Assembly: GCA_014360905.1 (NCBI GenBank)
Contig: JACIWW010000004.1
Coordinates: forward strand, 71,994-135,993
DNA from: Chloroflexota bacterium
GTDB lineage: Bacteria; Chloroflexota; Anaerolineae; UBA2200
Direction: 5' to 3'
Length of the DNA stretch: 64,000 nucleotides
Positions within the stretch are counted from its first letter, which is position 1; each line of letters begins with the position of its first letter. Below, one piece after another: positions 18,740 to 27,324 of this stretch. The translations under genes were made by a program, and so were the position numbers. A model generated the notes under the pieces. It was not told the DNA's origin. It ran no database searches and saw only the letters and a program-made list of their open reading frames with translations.

Positions 18740-20587
18740 GTTGCTCTGGACATCCATGACGGGCTGTTCCGTAGATTCCCCGAGGAGCCTTGCCTGCTCA
18801 ATGTATTCCAGCGATTGATGCCGGAAGTAGGTATTGTACAGTTCCGCATAGTGGCCACCTGCGGCCAACAATGACACGTGGTTGCCTTCTTCGATGATCT
18901 GGCCATCGCGCAGCACGATGATGCGATCTGCGTGGCGCACAGTGGAGAGACGATGGGCAATTACGATAGCCGTCCGATCACGCATCACTTCCTTCAATCC
19001 TTCCTGAATCTGTGCCTCGGTGAATGGATCCACGCTCGCTGTGGCTTCATCGAGGATGAGTATGGCTGGATCCTTGAGCAGCACGCGGGCCAGGGCGACC
19101 AGTTGCCGTTGCCCCATAGATAGGTTAGCGCCTCGCTCACCGACATCCGTATCCAGACCAGAGGTTAGGTCGTTGATCCACTCCCCGTTGCCGATGCGCA
19201 TAGCGGCTTCTTGTACCTCTTCGTCGCTTGCTTCTGGGCAGCCATAGCGGATATTGTCGCGCACTGTGCCGGAGAAGAGGAAGGGCTCCTGTGGCACCAG
19301 CCCAATGTGACGGCGGTACTGGCTGAGGTCCAGTCGGCGGATATCTCGTCCATCAATGAGCAGATCTCCTCCTTGAAACTCGTAAAAACGCGCGACCAAG
19401 CGTGCCAGGCTCGATTTGCCTGCACCCGTGTGTCCCACAAACGCCACGGTTTCTTTGGGCTGAATGAGCAGCGAGAGATCTGGTAGCACAAGATCATCGC
19501 GGTGATAGGCAAAGCGCAAGTGCCGAAATTCTATCCGACCTTCCAACTCTGGCACTGGCTCGGCGGCTTCCTGCACCACGTTCGGTTCCGCATCAATCAA
19601 GGCGAAAACTCGCTCTGCTGCGGATAGCCCATCCTGGAACTGGCTCCAAAAGGAGGAGATGTTCATGATGGGCCACCAGAAGAAACCTATAGTTTGCATG
19701 AAAAGCACCCAATTGCCGGGGCTGACGGCACCTGCGCGGGCGGCCAATCCCCCTGCGTAAACCAATATGGCTGTGCCAATCCCTGACGCGATGCCCATAA
19801 TGGGAAAGATAGTGTTGAGGGTCAAGCCACGCCGCAGTCCAACCTGGAAAGCCTGTCGGTTCTTGGCTGAGAAGGCGTCGTACATTGCTTGCTCCTGCCG
19901 GAAGCTTTTGGCAATCATGATGCCACTGATGCTTTCTTGGATTTCGGCGTTGATCTTGGCCGTGACTTGTTTTGCGTGTAGGGTCACGCGCCGTGCCACA
20001 CGACGGAAACTGAGAGCGATGGCAGCAGCAACGGGCGTCATGAGCAATAACAGGAGAGTCAGTCTTGGCTCAATCCGCAGCAACCAGATGGATAACAGTA
20101 CAACCAGCAATACCTGGCTGAGCAGGTCTATGCTCAAGGTGACCACGGTAGAAAAATCCTGCGTATCCGACGTGATACGACTGACGATCTTGCCTGATGA
20201 ATGCTCATCGAAGAAGGAGAGGTCATGCCTGACCGTGGCATTGAACACATCCTCGCGCAATTTGAGCACCACATCCCCCACGACGCGCGCGGAAAACCAC
20301 TGGCGGATGTAGTTGAACACCCAAGCCGATAATCCTAGCAGCAACACGCCTCCAGCAAGGAGCCAGATGACCTGCATGGAAGGACGCTTCATCAGACCGT
20401 CAATGGCACGTGAGATGAGGATTGGCCCGCCAGTTGTGGCCACAGAGTTCAACGTCAGCGTGATGGCCACCAATGTCATCTTGCGCGCATGGGGTCGAAA
20501 ATAGCGAATGATGCGCTGGAGCAACTCTCGGTCGCTATAAGTGCGGTCGTAAGCCTCGGTGTCGAGTCCGTCTAAGATAAAACCCAT
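18644..20587 (-). CDS. ABC exporter, fused permease/ATPase, heterodimer subunit 2
   Basis: TM domain, GHTGAGKS, LSMGQRQL, ILILDEAT, IAHRL. Confidence 0.94.
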   Translation of the reverse strand: MGFILDGLDTEAYDRTYSDRELLQRIIRYFRPHARKMTLVAITLTLNSVATTGGPILISRAIDGLMKRPSMQVIWLLAGGVLLLGLSAWVFNYIRQWFSARVVGDVVLKLREDVFNATVRHDLSFFDEHSSGKIVSRITSDTQDFSTVVTLSIDLLSQVLLVVLLSIWLLRIEPRLTLLLLLMTPVAAAIALSFRRVARRVTLHAKQVTAKINAEIQESISGIMIAKSFRQEQAMYDAFSAKNRQAFQVGLRRGLTLNTIFPIMGIASGIGTAILVYAGGLAARAGAVSPGNWVLFMQTIGFFWWPIMNISSFWSQFQDGLSAAERVFALIDAEPNVVQEAAEPVPELEGRIEFRHLRFAYHRDDLVLPDLSLLIQPKETVAFVGHTGAGKSSLARLVARFYEFQGGDLLIDGRDIRRLDLSQYRRHIGLVPQEPFLFSGTVRDNIRYGCPEASDEEVQEAAMRIGNGEWINDLTSGLDTDVGERGANLSMGQRQLVALARVLLKDPAILILDEATASVDPFTEAQIQEGLKEVMRDRTAIVIAHRLSTVRHADRIIVLRDGQIIEEGNHVSLLAAGGHYAELYNTYFRHQSLEYIEQARLLGESTEQPVMDVQSNLPCDESNPQSAPASVSADRTTDTTKPPISDV

Positions 20588-20599
20588 CTCTTCTCCTGC

Positions 20600-22354
20600 T
20601 CAATCGTAACGCGCAAAAATGCGGCGGTATGTTTCGCAGCGTGCCATCAGCTCTTCGTGCGTGCCTTGATCTACCAATTCGCCGCGGCGCAAGACCAGAA
20701 TATGATCGGCCCAGCGTATCTGGCTCAGTCGGTGGGTAATTAGGAATGTAGTCCGCTGGCGGCTGATGCGCCGCATAGCGCGTTGAATGAGATCCTCTGT
20801 AGCGCTATCAATCGCGCTAGTGCTATCATCCAGGATCAGAATGCGCGGGTTGGTGAGAAAGGCACGAGCAATTGCAATGCGTTGGCGTTGTCCACCAGAG
20901 AGATTCACGCCACGTTCACCCAGTTCGGTGTCGTAGCCATTGGGTAGATGGGTGATGAACTCATCTGCCTGTGCCTCGTGAACTGCTCGTTCAATTTCCT
21001 CTTGCGTGGCGTCGGCACGCCCAAAGGCAATGTTGTCGCGGATACTACGCGAGAAGAGGAAGACGTCCTGTTCGATGGCCGAAATCTGCGAACGCAGCGA
21101 CTCCAGGCTCCAATCCCGCACATCCACGCCATCCACCAACACCCGGCCGCAGGTGACATCGAAAATGCGGTTGATAAGCCTGGTGAGAGTGGTTTTTCCG
21201 GAGCCTGTTTCTCCCACAATAGCGACTGTCTCCCCTGGATAGGCGGTGAAGTTGATGTTCTTCAGCACAGGCTGACCGTTGTAACTGAAACTGACGTTTT
21301 CGAACGTGACCTCGCCACGAATGGGTCGAGCAACGCCCGCTTTGTTCTCATCCAGATTCGTTTCCGTATTGATGAGTTCAAGGATGCGCTCCGCCGAAGC
21401 GATCCCGAGCTGTACCAAGTTGAAGGTGAAGATGGAAGTGAAAGTGACAAAACGCAGCGCACCCATCAAGCCCATGAAGGATACAACCTGACCCAGAGTG
21501 ATCACATTTCCGCGCCAAAGCGACAGAGAATCCAATAGCGCTGCCGCCCAGGCGATGCTGAAGACCAGCATGGGCAGATAGCGAGCTTCGATCTCCCCTT
21601 CTTTGACAAAGTAATCGCGGTAGAGGCGGGCATCGCGTGTGAACTTGGCCCATTCGTGCCGCTCCTGGACATTCGCTTTGACCACTTCGATGCCCGCGAT
21701 GGCTTCCGTGAGCCCAGCGTTCATCACGCCGAATTGCTCCCGCAAGGCCATGCTAACCGGTTTGAGGCGGCGGTTATAATCTGCCACAGTGATTACCAGG
21801 AAGAAGAGGAAGACAAACGGAACGAGCAGCAGCCGCGGATTAAGGCGGGCAATTAGGACGATAGGCAAAACCGTGCCGAGCATCGAATCCATAATCAGCA
21901 TCACACCCGGGCTGAACATCAAATTGAGCATATGCACATCGTTAGTGGCACGGGCCATGATGTCCCCAACGCGCTGTCGCCCGTGAAAGGTCTGGCTCTT
22001 GCCCAGCAAACTGATGTAGAGTTCTTCGCGCGCATCGCGTTCGATGTACTGCGCTAGGAATTCCATAGAATAGTTGCGCAATAGACCGGTCAGCCCTTGT
22101 CCAATGGCGGATCCAACAATGCTCAGTGCCACGCCAAGCAATGCCATAGTGCTCCAACCGGTCGTCGTGATCACATCAAAGGCTCGCCCGACAAAGACCT
22201 GGATATAACTGTAGAACGCGTTGTTAAGGACCGCAGCCAATAACCCAAACACCGGCAGGTGTAGATAGCGTAGCACGTGCGCCACAATCCAGCGTACTGG
22301 CCCCGAACGGGGATAACGGTATTCATTTGCAACGGTGAATTCCCGCTTCTCCAA
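20600..22354 (-). CDS. ABC exporter, fused permease/ATPase, heterodimer subunit 1
   Basis: TM domain, GETGSGKT, LSGGQRQR, ILILDDST, ITHRL; TTG start. Confidence 0.94.
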   Translation of the reverse strand: MEKREFTVANEYRYPRSGPVRWIVAHVLRYLHLPVFGLLAAVLNNAFYSYIQVFVGRAFDVITTTGWSTMALLGVALSIVGSAIGQGLTGLLRNYSMEFLAQYIERDAREELYISLLGKSQTFHGRQRVGDIMARATNDVHMLNLMFSPGVMLIMDSMLGTVLPIVLIARLNPRLLLVPFVFLFFLVITVADYNRRLKPVSMALREQFGVMNAGLTEAIAGIEVVKANVQERHEWAKFTRDARLYRDYFVKEGEIEARYLPMLVFSIAWAAALLDSLSLWRGNVITLGQVVSFMGLMGALRFVTFTSIFTFNLVQLGIASAERILELINTETNLDENKAGVARPIRGEVTFENVSFSYNGQPVLKNINFTAYPGETVAIVGETGSGKTTLTRLINRIFDVTCGRVLVDGVDVRDWSLESLRSQISAIEQDVFLFSRSIRDNIAFGRADATQEEIERAVHEAQADEFITHLPNGYDTELGERGVNLSGGQRQRIAIARAFLTNPRILILDDSTSAIDSATEDLIQRAMRRISRQRTTFLITHRLSQIRWADHILVLRRGELVDQGTHEELMARCETYRRIFARYD

Positions 22355-22620
22355 TACTTACCCCAGGTTGAGATGTCCAGGTGACAAAGCCAGAAATAAA
22401 TTGTACTGCGAACCAGAGTATAGGCAAATTTATTTTGCGCTTGCGCAGCGTTTATCTCATGCTTGTTACCTGTTCAGCAATGTGGATAGCATTCTACAAT
22501 CGAAGCAATCTATCAAATTCGCACACGGAGAGCTTTTTGCAGAAATGGGCTTAATGGGATAAATTGAGTTCCAGATAAAGGGCTATTGCGTGGGTCAGAG
22601 ATAGCAACTAGGAGGAAAAG

Positions 22621-22833
22621 ATGCCTATTGAAGGATATATTGAATACAAGCCGCGGGAATACTGTAAGGATGTGCAATGCCCGGTGCAATTAGCGCTGGA
22701 TGCACAGGCACCCAGCTCAGAAGAGACCGAGCGTATCCGGAAAACATGCCGCATGGATTGCAAACACACCACATGGGAATTTCACCACTGGCTGATAGAG
22801 AAGGGGTATTTGATCGTTCGCCCTGAAAGGTAA
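22621..22833 (+). CDS. Small Cys/His-rich hypothetical protein
   Basis: AGGAGG RBS; Cx4C...Cx3CxH..FHHWL. Confidence 0.8.
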   Translation: MPIEGYIEYKPREYCKDVQCPVQLALDAQAPSSEETERIRKTCRMDCKHTTWEFHHWLIEKGYLIVRPER

Positions 22834-22836
22834 AGT

Positions 22837-22865
22837 TTGACAGATTTAGGATTATGGCGTATCTT
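22837..22865 (+). promoter_or_regulatory. Sigma70-type promoter upstream of the lsrF-like gene
   Basis: TTGACA-17 bp-TATCTT. Confidence 0.6.
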
Positions 22866-22951
22866 GGCAGTGCTCGCCAGGCGCGGCACCGTTCTATTCA
22901 TAAGCATACGCACCAAGTTGGAACCATTCGATCAGGTAGGAGGGAATTGAG

Positions 22952-23746
22952 ATGGACTGGGGAATGAAAAATCGTCTCTCGCAATTGATCCAACCAGATG
23001 GACACTGTTTTTTCTTGCCGATAGACCATGGCTATTTCCAAGGGCCAACTCGCAAACTGGAAAAACCGGGCGAAACGGTTAAGCCACTTCTGCCGTATTG
23101 CGATGCTCTCTTCGTTACCAGAGGTGTGTTACGCGCATGTATAGATCCTGCCAACAGCAAGCCCATTATCTTGCGCGTATCCGGTGGTACAAGCATGGTC
23201 GGGAAGGACCTGGCTCATGAAGGGGTCACCACTTCGGTACGTGAGGCTATCCGTCTGAATGTGGCTGCAGTGGGGGTGTCCATATTCATCGGTAGCGACT
23301 ATGAACATGAGACGCTCATGAACCTGGCAAATCTCGTCAATGAATGCGAGGATTACGGCATCCCCGTTATGGCAGTTACGGCGGTAGGCAAAGAATTGGA
23401 AAAGCGCGAAGCGCGCTATCTCGCTTTGTGTTGCCGCATCGCAGCCGAATTGGGCGCCCGTGTGGTCAAAACCTACTGGTGCGAGGATTTCGACAAAGTG
23501 GTGAATGGTTGCCCTGTTCCGGTGGTCATGGCTGGCGGCCCAAAATGTGAAACAGAGCTCGAGGTATTCGAGTTTGTCTATGATGGCATGCAGAAAGGGG
23601 CCATAGGGATCAACCTAGGCCGTAACGTTTGGCAGAATGACCATCCAGTTGCTATGGCCAGGGCCTTGCGTGCCATTATCCACGAAAACGCTACGGCTAA
23701 GGAAGCTCACGACCTGTTCAATGACATTAAGTCTGGCAAGCAATAG
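22952..23746 (+). CDS. lsrF: LsrF-like DhnA/class I aldolase-fold enzyme (3-hydroxy-5-phosphonooxypentane-2,4-dione thiolase family)
   Basis: MDWGMKNRLS, DHGYFQGPT, VTAVGK, RIAAELGA..VKTY, PVPVVMAGGPK, GRNVWQ. Confidence 0.85.
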   Translation: MDWGMKNRLSQLIQPDGHCFFLPIDHGYFQGPTRKLEKPGETVKPLLPYCDALFVTRGVLRACIDPANSKPIILRVSGGTSMVGKDLAHEGVTTSVREAIRLNVAAVGVSIFIGSDYEHETLMNLANLVNECEDYGIPVMAVTAVGKELEKREARYLALCCRIAAELGARVVKTYWCEDFDKVVNGCPVPVVMAGGPKCETELEVFEFVYDGMQKGAIGINLGRNVWQNDHPVAMARALRAIIHENATAKEAHDLFNDIKSGKQ

Positions 23747-23785
23747 ACCCTCACATAAAGAGGTATGGTGTATAGCGAGGATACC

Positions 23786-24811
23786 ATGCGTGTAGCTGTG
23801 TATTACAATAACCAAGATGTGCGCCTGGAAGAAATGCCTACGCCTCAGATTGGCCCAGGCGAGGTATTGGTCAAAGTGATCGCCAGCGGAATCTGCGGCA
23901 GCGATGTGATGGAATGGTATCGCATCAAAAAGGCCCCCAGAGTGTTGGGACACGAGATCACGGGCGAGATCGTTCAAGTTGGGGAGGGGGTGAAAAACTA
24001 CCAAGTCGGCGATAGGGTTTTTGTCTCCCACCATGTCCCCTGTAACACCTGTCGTTACTGTCTGAGCGGCTATCACACAGTTTGTGAAACGCTGCATACT
24101 ACCAATTACGATCCAGGCGGCTTTGCTGAATATATCCGTGTTCCGCCGCTCCAAGTTGAGCGAGGTATTTACTTGTTGCCCGATGAGGTATCGTTTGAAG
24201 ACGGTGTGTTCATTGAACCGCTAGCCTGCGTGGTGCGTGCCCAAAGGATGGCCCGTCTTCAGGTGGGACAAACTGTGCTCATCCTCGGCAGTGGCATGTC
24301 GGGACTGCTGCATGTAGCGCTGGCACGTGCATCTGGAGCAACAAGAATCATTGCCACGGATGTGAATGACTACCGCCTTCATGCGGCACAACGTTTTGGG
24401 GCTGATGTTGTCATGCATGCCACTGAGGATGTATCTGCCCGTTTACGTCAAGTCAATGACGGTAGGCTGGCAGACCTAGTGATTATCTGCACCGGAGCTT
24501 ACGCTGCCTTCATACAGGCATTGCAGTCTGTAGAACGTGGTGGAACAGTGCTGTTCTTTGCTCCCACAGAGCCTGGTGTTACTGTTCCCGTCCCGGTCAA
24601 CGATTTTTGGCGCAATGGCATTACGCTAATGCCCTCTTACGGCGCTGCACCATTTGACCTTGCTTTGGCCCTGGAGTTGATTCGCGCACGCCGGGTGCCC
24701 GTGCGAGATATGATTACCCATCGCCTCAGTCTGGCTGAAACAGGGCTGGGTTTCCGACTTGTCGTCGAAGCCAGAGAATCGCTCAAGGTGATTATTGAGC
24801 CTCAAAGGTAA
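23786..24811 (+). CDS. Zinc-dependent dehydrogenase (sorbitol/iditol dehydrogenase-like)
   Basis: GICGSD, GHE, CNTCRYC..C, EPLACV, GSGMSG. Confidence 0.92.
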   Translation: MRVAVYYNNQDVRLEEMPTPQIGPGEVLVKVIASGICGSDVMEWYRIKKAPRVLGHEITGEIVQVGEGVKNYQVGDRVFVSHHVPCNTCRYCLSGYHTVCETLHTTNYDPGGFAEYIRVPPLQVERGIYLLPDEVSFEDGVFIEPLACVVRAQRMARLQVGQTVLILGSGMSGLLHVALARASGATRIIATDVNDYRLHAAQRFGADVVMHATEDVSARLRQVNDGRLADLVIICTGAYAAFIQALQSVERGGTVLFFAPTEPGVTVPVPVNDFWRNGITLMPSYGAAPFDLALALELIRARRVPVRDMITHRLSLAETGLGFRLVVEARESLKVIIEPQR

Positions 24812-24917
24812 CACACCAGGAAGAATTAACGACTGATTAAGATGACCAATGGAGGAACCTAGCACTTGTGGACCCCCCATCAACCAAGCTAAACGCTCTT
24901 TGTACTGGAGGTTATGA

Positions 24918-25895
24918 TTGGATGCCATGACTTTGCATCACGATAGCATCATTTTCGATGGGCATTGCGATACATTGCTCGAGGTCTTGGCGGGAAAACG
25001 CAAATTGAACGAACGTTCCACAAAGGGTCATATTGACCTGCCTCGCTTGCGTGAAGGTGGAGTAACCGCTCAAGTTTTTGCTCTCTTCATCGAAGACCAG
25101 TACCTGCCAGCGAGGGCAGCCGTGCAGACCTTGCGTTTGTTGGATGCGCTTTATAGTGAACTTGAGATCAATGCCGATTCGCTTCTGTTGGCCACGAAAG
25201 CAGAGCACATTGAGCAGGCGAAGAAAACGGGCAAGGTGGCTGCGGTGGTGGGCATCGAGGGTGCAGAGTCTCTTGAAGGGGACCTACATCTGCTGCGCAT
25301 GTTCTACCGTCTGGGAGTACGTTTGCTCACAATAGCCTGGAGCCGTCGCAACGAGGCTGCGGATGGCGTTCAGGAAGCGCGTACGGGCGGCGGCCTGACC
25401 AACTTTGGCTTGAAACTAGTCGAAGAATGCAATCGCTTGGGTATCATGGTTGATGTCTCACACCTTTCTCCCGCTGGGGTCAGAGATGTTTTGGAAGCAA
25501 GTTCTCAGCCAGTTATTGCCTCGCATAGCAATGCCTATGCCCTGTGCCCACATCCCCGCAACCTGACTGATCAGCAATTGGTTGCTTTGGCAGAGAAGGG
25601 CGGTATGGTCGGGGTCACCTTTGTGCCCTCTTTTATCGCAGAAGACCGAAAAGAGGCTAGTTTGGAAAAGTTGCTCGATCACATCGATCACATTGTCCAG
25701 GTTGCTGGCATTGACCATGTGGGCTTGGGCTCTGACTTCGATGGGTTCAGTCCACCTCCGCCCCTTGGCCTGGAGGATGTAACCTGTTTACCTGGTATCA
25801 CGACTGGTTTGCTCCGCAGAGGATATGCGGAAAATGAAGCGCGCAAAATACTGGGAGGTAATTTCCTGCGCGTATTTCGCCAAGTAGCAGGATAA
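24918..25895 (+). CDS. Membrane dipeptidase (peptidase M19)
   Basis: DGHCD, IEG, DVSH, ASHSN, HPRN, GLGSDFDG, LGGNFLRV. Confidence 0.93.
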   Translation: MDAMTLHHDSIIFDGHCDTLLEVLAGKRKLNERSTKGHIDLPRLREGGVTAQVFALFIEDQYLPARAAVQTLRLLDALYSELEINADSLLLATKAEHIEQAKKTGKVAAVVGIEGAESLEGDLHLLRMFYRLGVRLLTIAWSRRNEAADGVQEARTGGGLTNFGLKLVEECNRLGIMVDVSHLSPAGVRDVLEASSQPVIASHSNAYALCPHPRNLTDQQLVALAEKGGMVGVTFVPSFIAEDRKEASLEKLLDHIDHIVQVAGIDHVGLGSDFDGFSPPPPLGLEDVTCLPGITTGLLRRGYAENEARKILGGNFLRVFRQVAG

Positions 25896-25960
25896 CCATA
25901 GAGGATACAGGCTTTTTCGTTCGTAATTCAGTTGCGCTATAATGTGTCATCACTTGCTTT

Positions 25961-27169
25961 ATGGAGGAACGCAGAACTGTGAGCGTATTTCATAACATGA
26001 ACGAGCTTCAGCCGTCTCGCTTGATGACCTTGATCTTGTTGATTGCAGTAAGCACGGTTTTCGGTGTGGCTTGCGGTTCAAGTTCTAATCCTGGAAACAT
26101 CCCCCCCACGAGAACGCCTAAACCAACCTTTACCATTGAGGTACATGCTCCGACGCCGTATCCTTCACCAACTCCAGAGCCATCGCCCACGCCGACTGCT
26201 ACTATTACTCCCACGCCTACACCGACCGTGAATCCGTATTTCAACCCACTGACTGGCGAGTTGGTGCAGAATCCCTCAGTACTACAACGGCGCCCGCTCC
26301 TGGTACGCATTGGTAATGATCCCGAGGTCCGCCCGCAATCAGGGCTTTCTGAAGCGGACATGGTCTATGAAGAGGCAATGGATGGCTGGACGATAACCCG
26401 TCTGACGGCTATTATCTGGAGCAAGGACCCCAGAGAACTGAAGCCGGTTCGCAGTGCACGGCTGTTCACTATTGATTTGGGCTACATGTTCGACGGAGCC
26501 CTTGTCCACTCTGGCGCCAATGACCAAGTTCGATGGTTGATCTCACGGTCCACTATTACTGACCTGGATGAGTACTTTCATCCAGATCCCTACTATTGGC
26601 TCCAGCCTCAAGGCAAATGGAAAGCTTACCCATGGATGGGACGAGTAGCAACGAGTGCACAAAGGGTTCGGGATTACCTAGCCAAGACAGGCAAAGAAAA
26701 AGCGGTACGCCTTGAAGGCTTCTCCTTCTCTGCAGCAGATGACCCGCCTCCCAAGGGCGAGCCTGCTACCTATATCCTGATACCTTATCCGCGAAGGGCT
26801 CTTGTTGAATACCGTTATAACTCGGATGAGCGTGTTTACAAGCGCTTTGTCCAAGGCGAGCCTCATACGGATGCATTGAATGGGCAGCAGCTTAGCGCGG
26901 CTAACGTAATTGTTCATTATGCAAAGTATGAGGAGACGGATGTCAAGGATGTCAATGGTGCTCCCACCTTCAATATTGTATTTTCTGGTGAGGGGCGCGC
27001 ACAAATATTCCGCGATGGGGTGATGATTGAGGCGAAGTGGGTCAAACCAGGTACGTTGGATTTCTGCAAATACGTATACCTAGATGGGACGCCGGTGCCG
27101 TTACGACCCGGTCAAACATGGGTGGAGGTAGTGCCTACTGACTATCAAATTACCTACAAAGCCGACTAA
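25961..27169 (+). CDS. DUF3048 domain lipoprotein with Pro/Thr stalk
   Basis: Lipobox VAC, PT repeats, NPLTG, RPQSGLSEADMVYE, PVRSAR, HSG, LRPGQTWVEVVP; exact start uncertain. Confidence 0.85.
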   Translation: MEERRTVSVFHNMNELQPSRLMTLILLIAVSTVFGVACGSSSNPGNIPPTRTPKPTFTIEVHAPTPYPSPTPEPSPTPTATITPTPTPTVNPYFNPLTGELVQNPSVLQRRPLLVRIGNDPEVRPQSGLSEADMVYEEAMDGWTITRLTAIIWSKDPRELKPVRSARLFTIDLGYMFDGALVHSGANDQVRWLISRSTITDLDEYFHPDPYYWLQPQGKWKAYPWMGRVATSAQRVRDYLAKTGKEKAVRLEGFSFSAADDPPPKGEPATYILIPYPRRALVEYRYNSDERVYKRFVQGEPHTDALNGQQLSAANVIVHYAKYEETDVKDVNGAPTFNIVFSGEGRAQIFRDGVMIEAKWVKPGTLDFCKYVYLDGTPVPLRPGQTWVEVVPTDYQITYKAD

Positions 27170-27225
27170 ATACCCTTGTGAATCTATAGCAGATGCAAAT
27201 GTGCTACCGCAAAAGGAATGGATAG

Positions 27226-27274
27226 GGCTCCCATACCCAATATTCGAAGGTAAGGTATGGGAGCCGCTTTTGTT
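27226..27274. terminator. Terminator hairpin between convergent genes
   Basis: GGCTCCCATACC-16 nt-GGTATGGGAGCC perfect 12-bp stem followed by GCTTTTGTT. Confidence 0.65.
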
Positions 27275-27324
27275 GGCTTTGGGATAACCTCAGAAGAGGT
27301 TCACACGCAGTGTGTGGGCCTCTT

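Noticed and set aside
22394-22435. AT-rich inverted repeat AAATAAATT...AATTTATTT as an operator
   Set aside because: Low complexity, wide spacing and no nearby regulator; could be chance.
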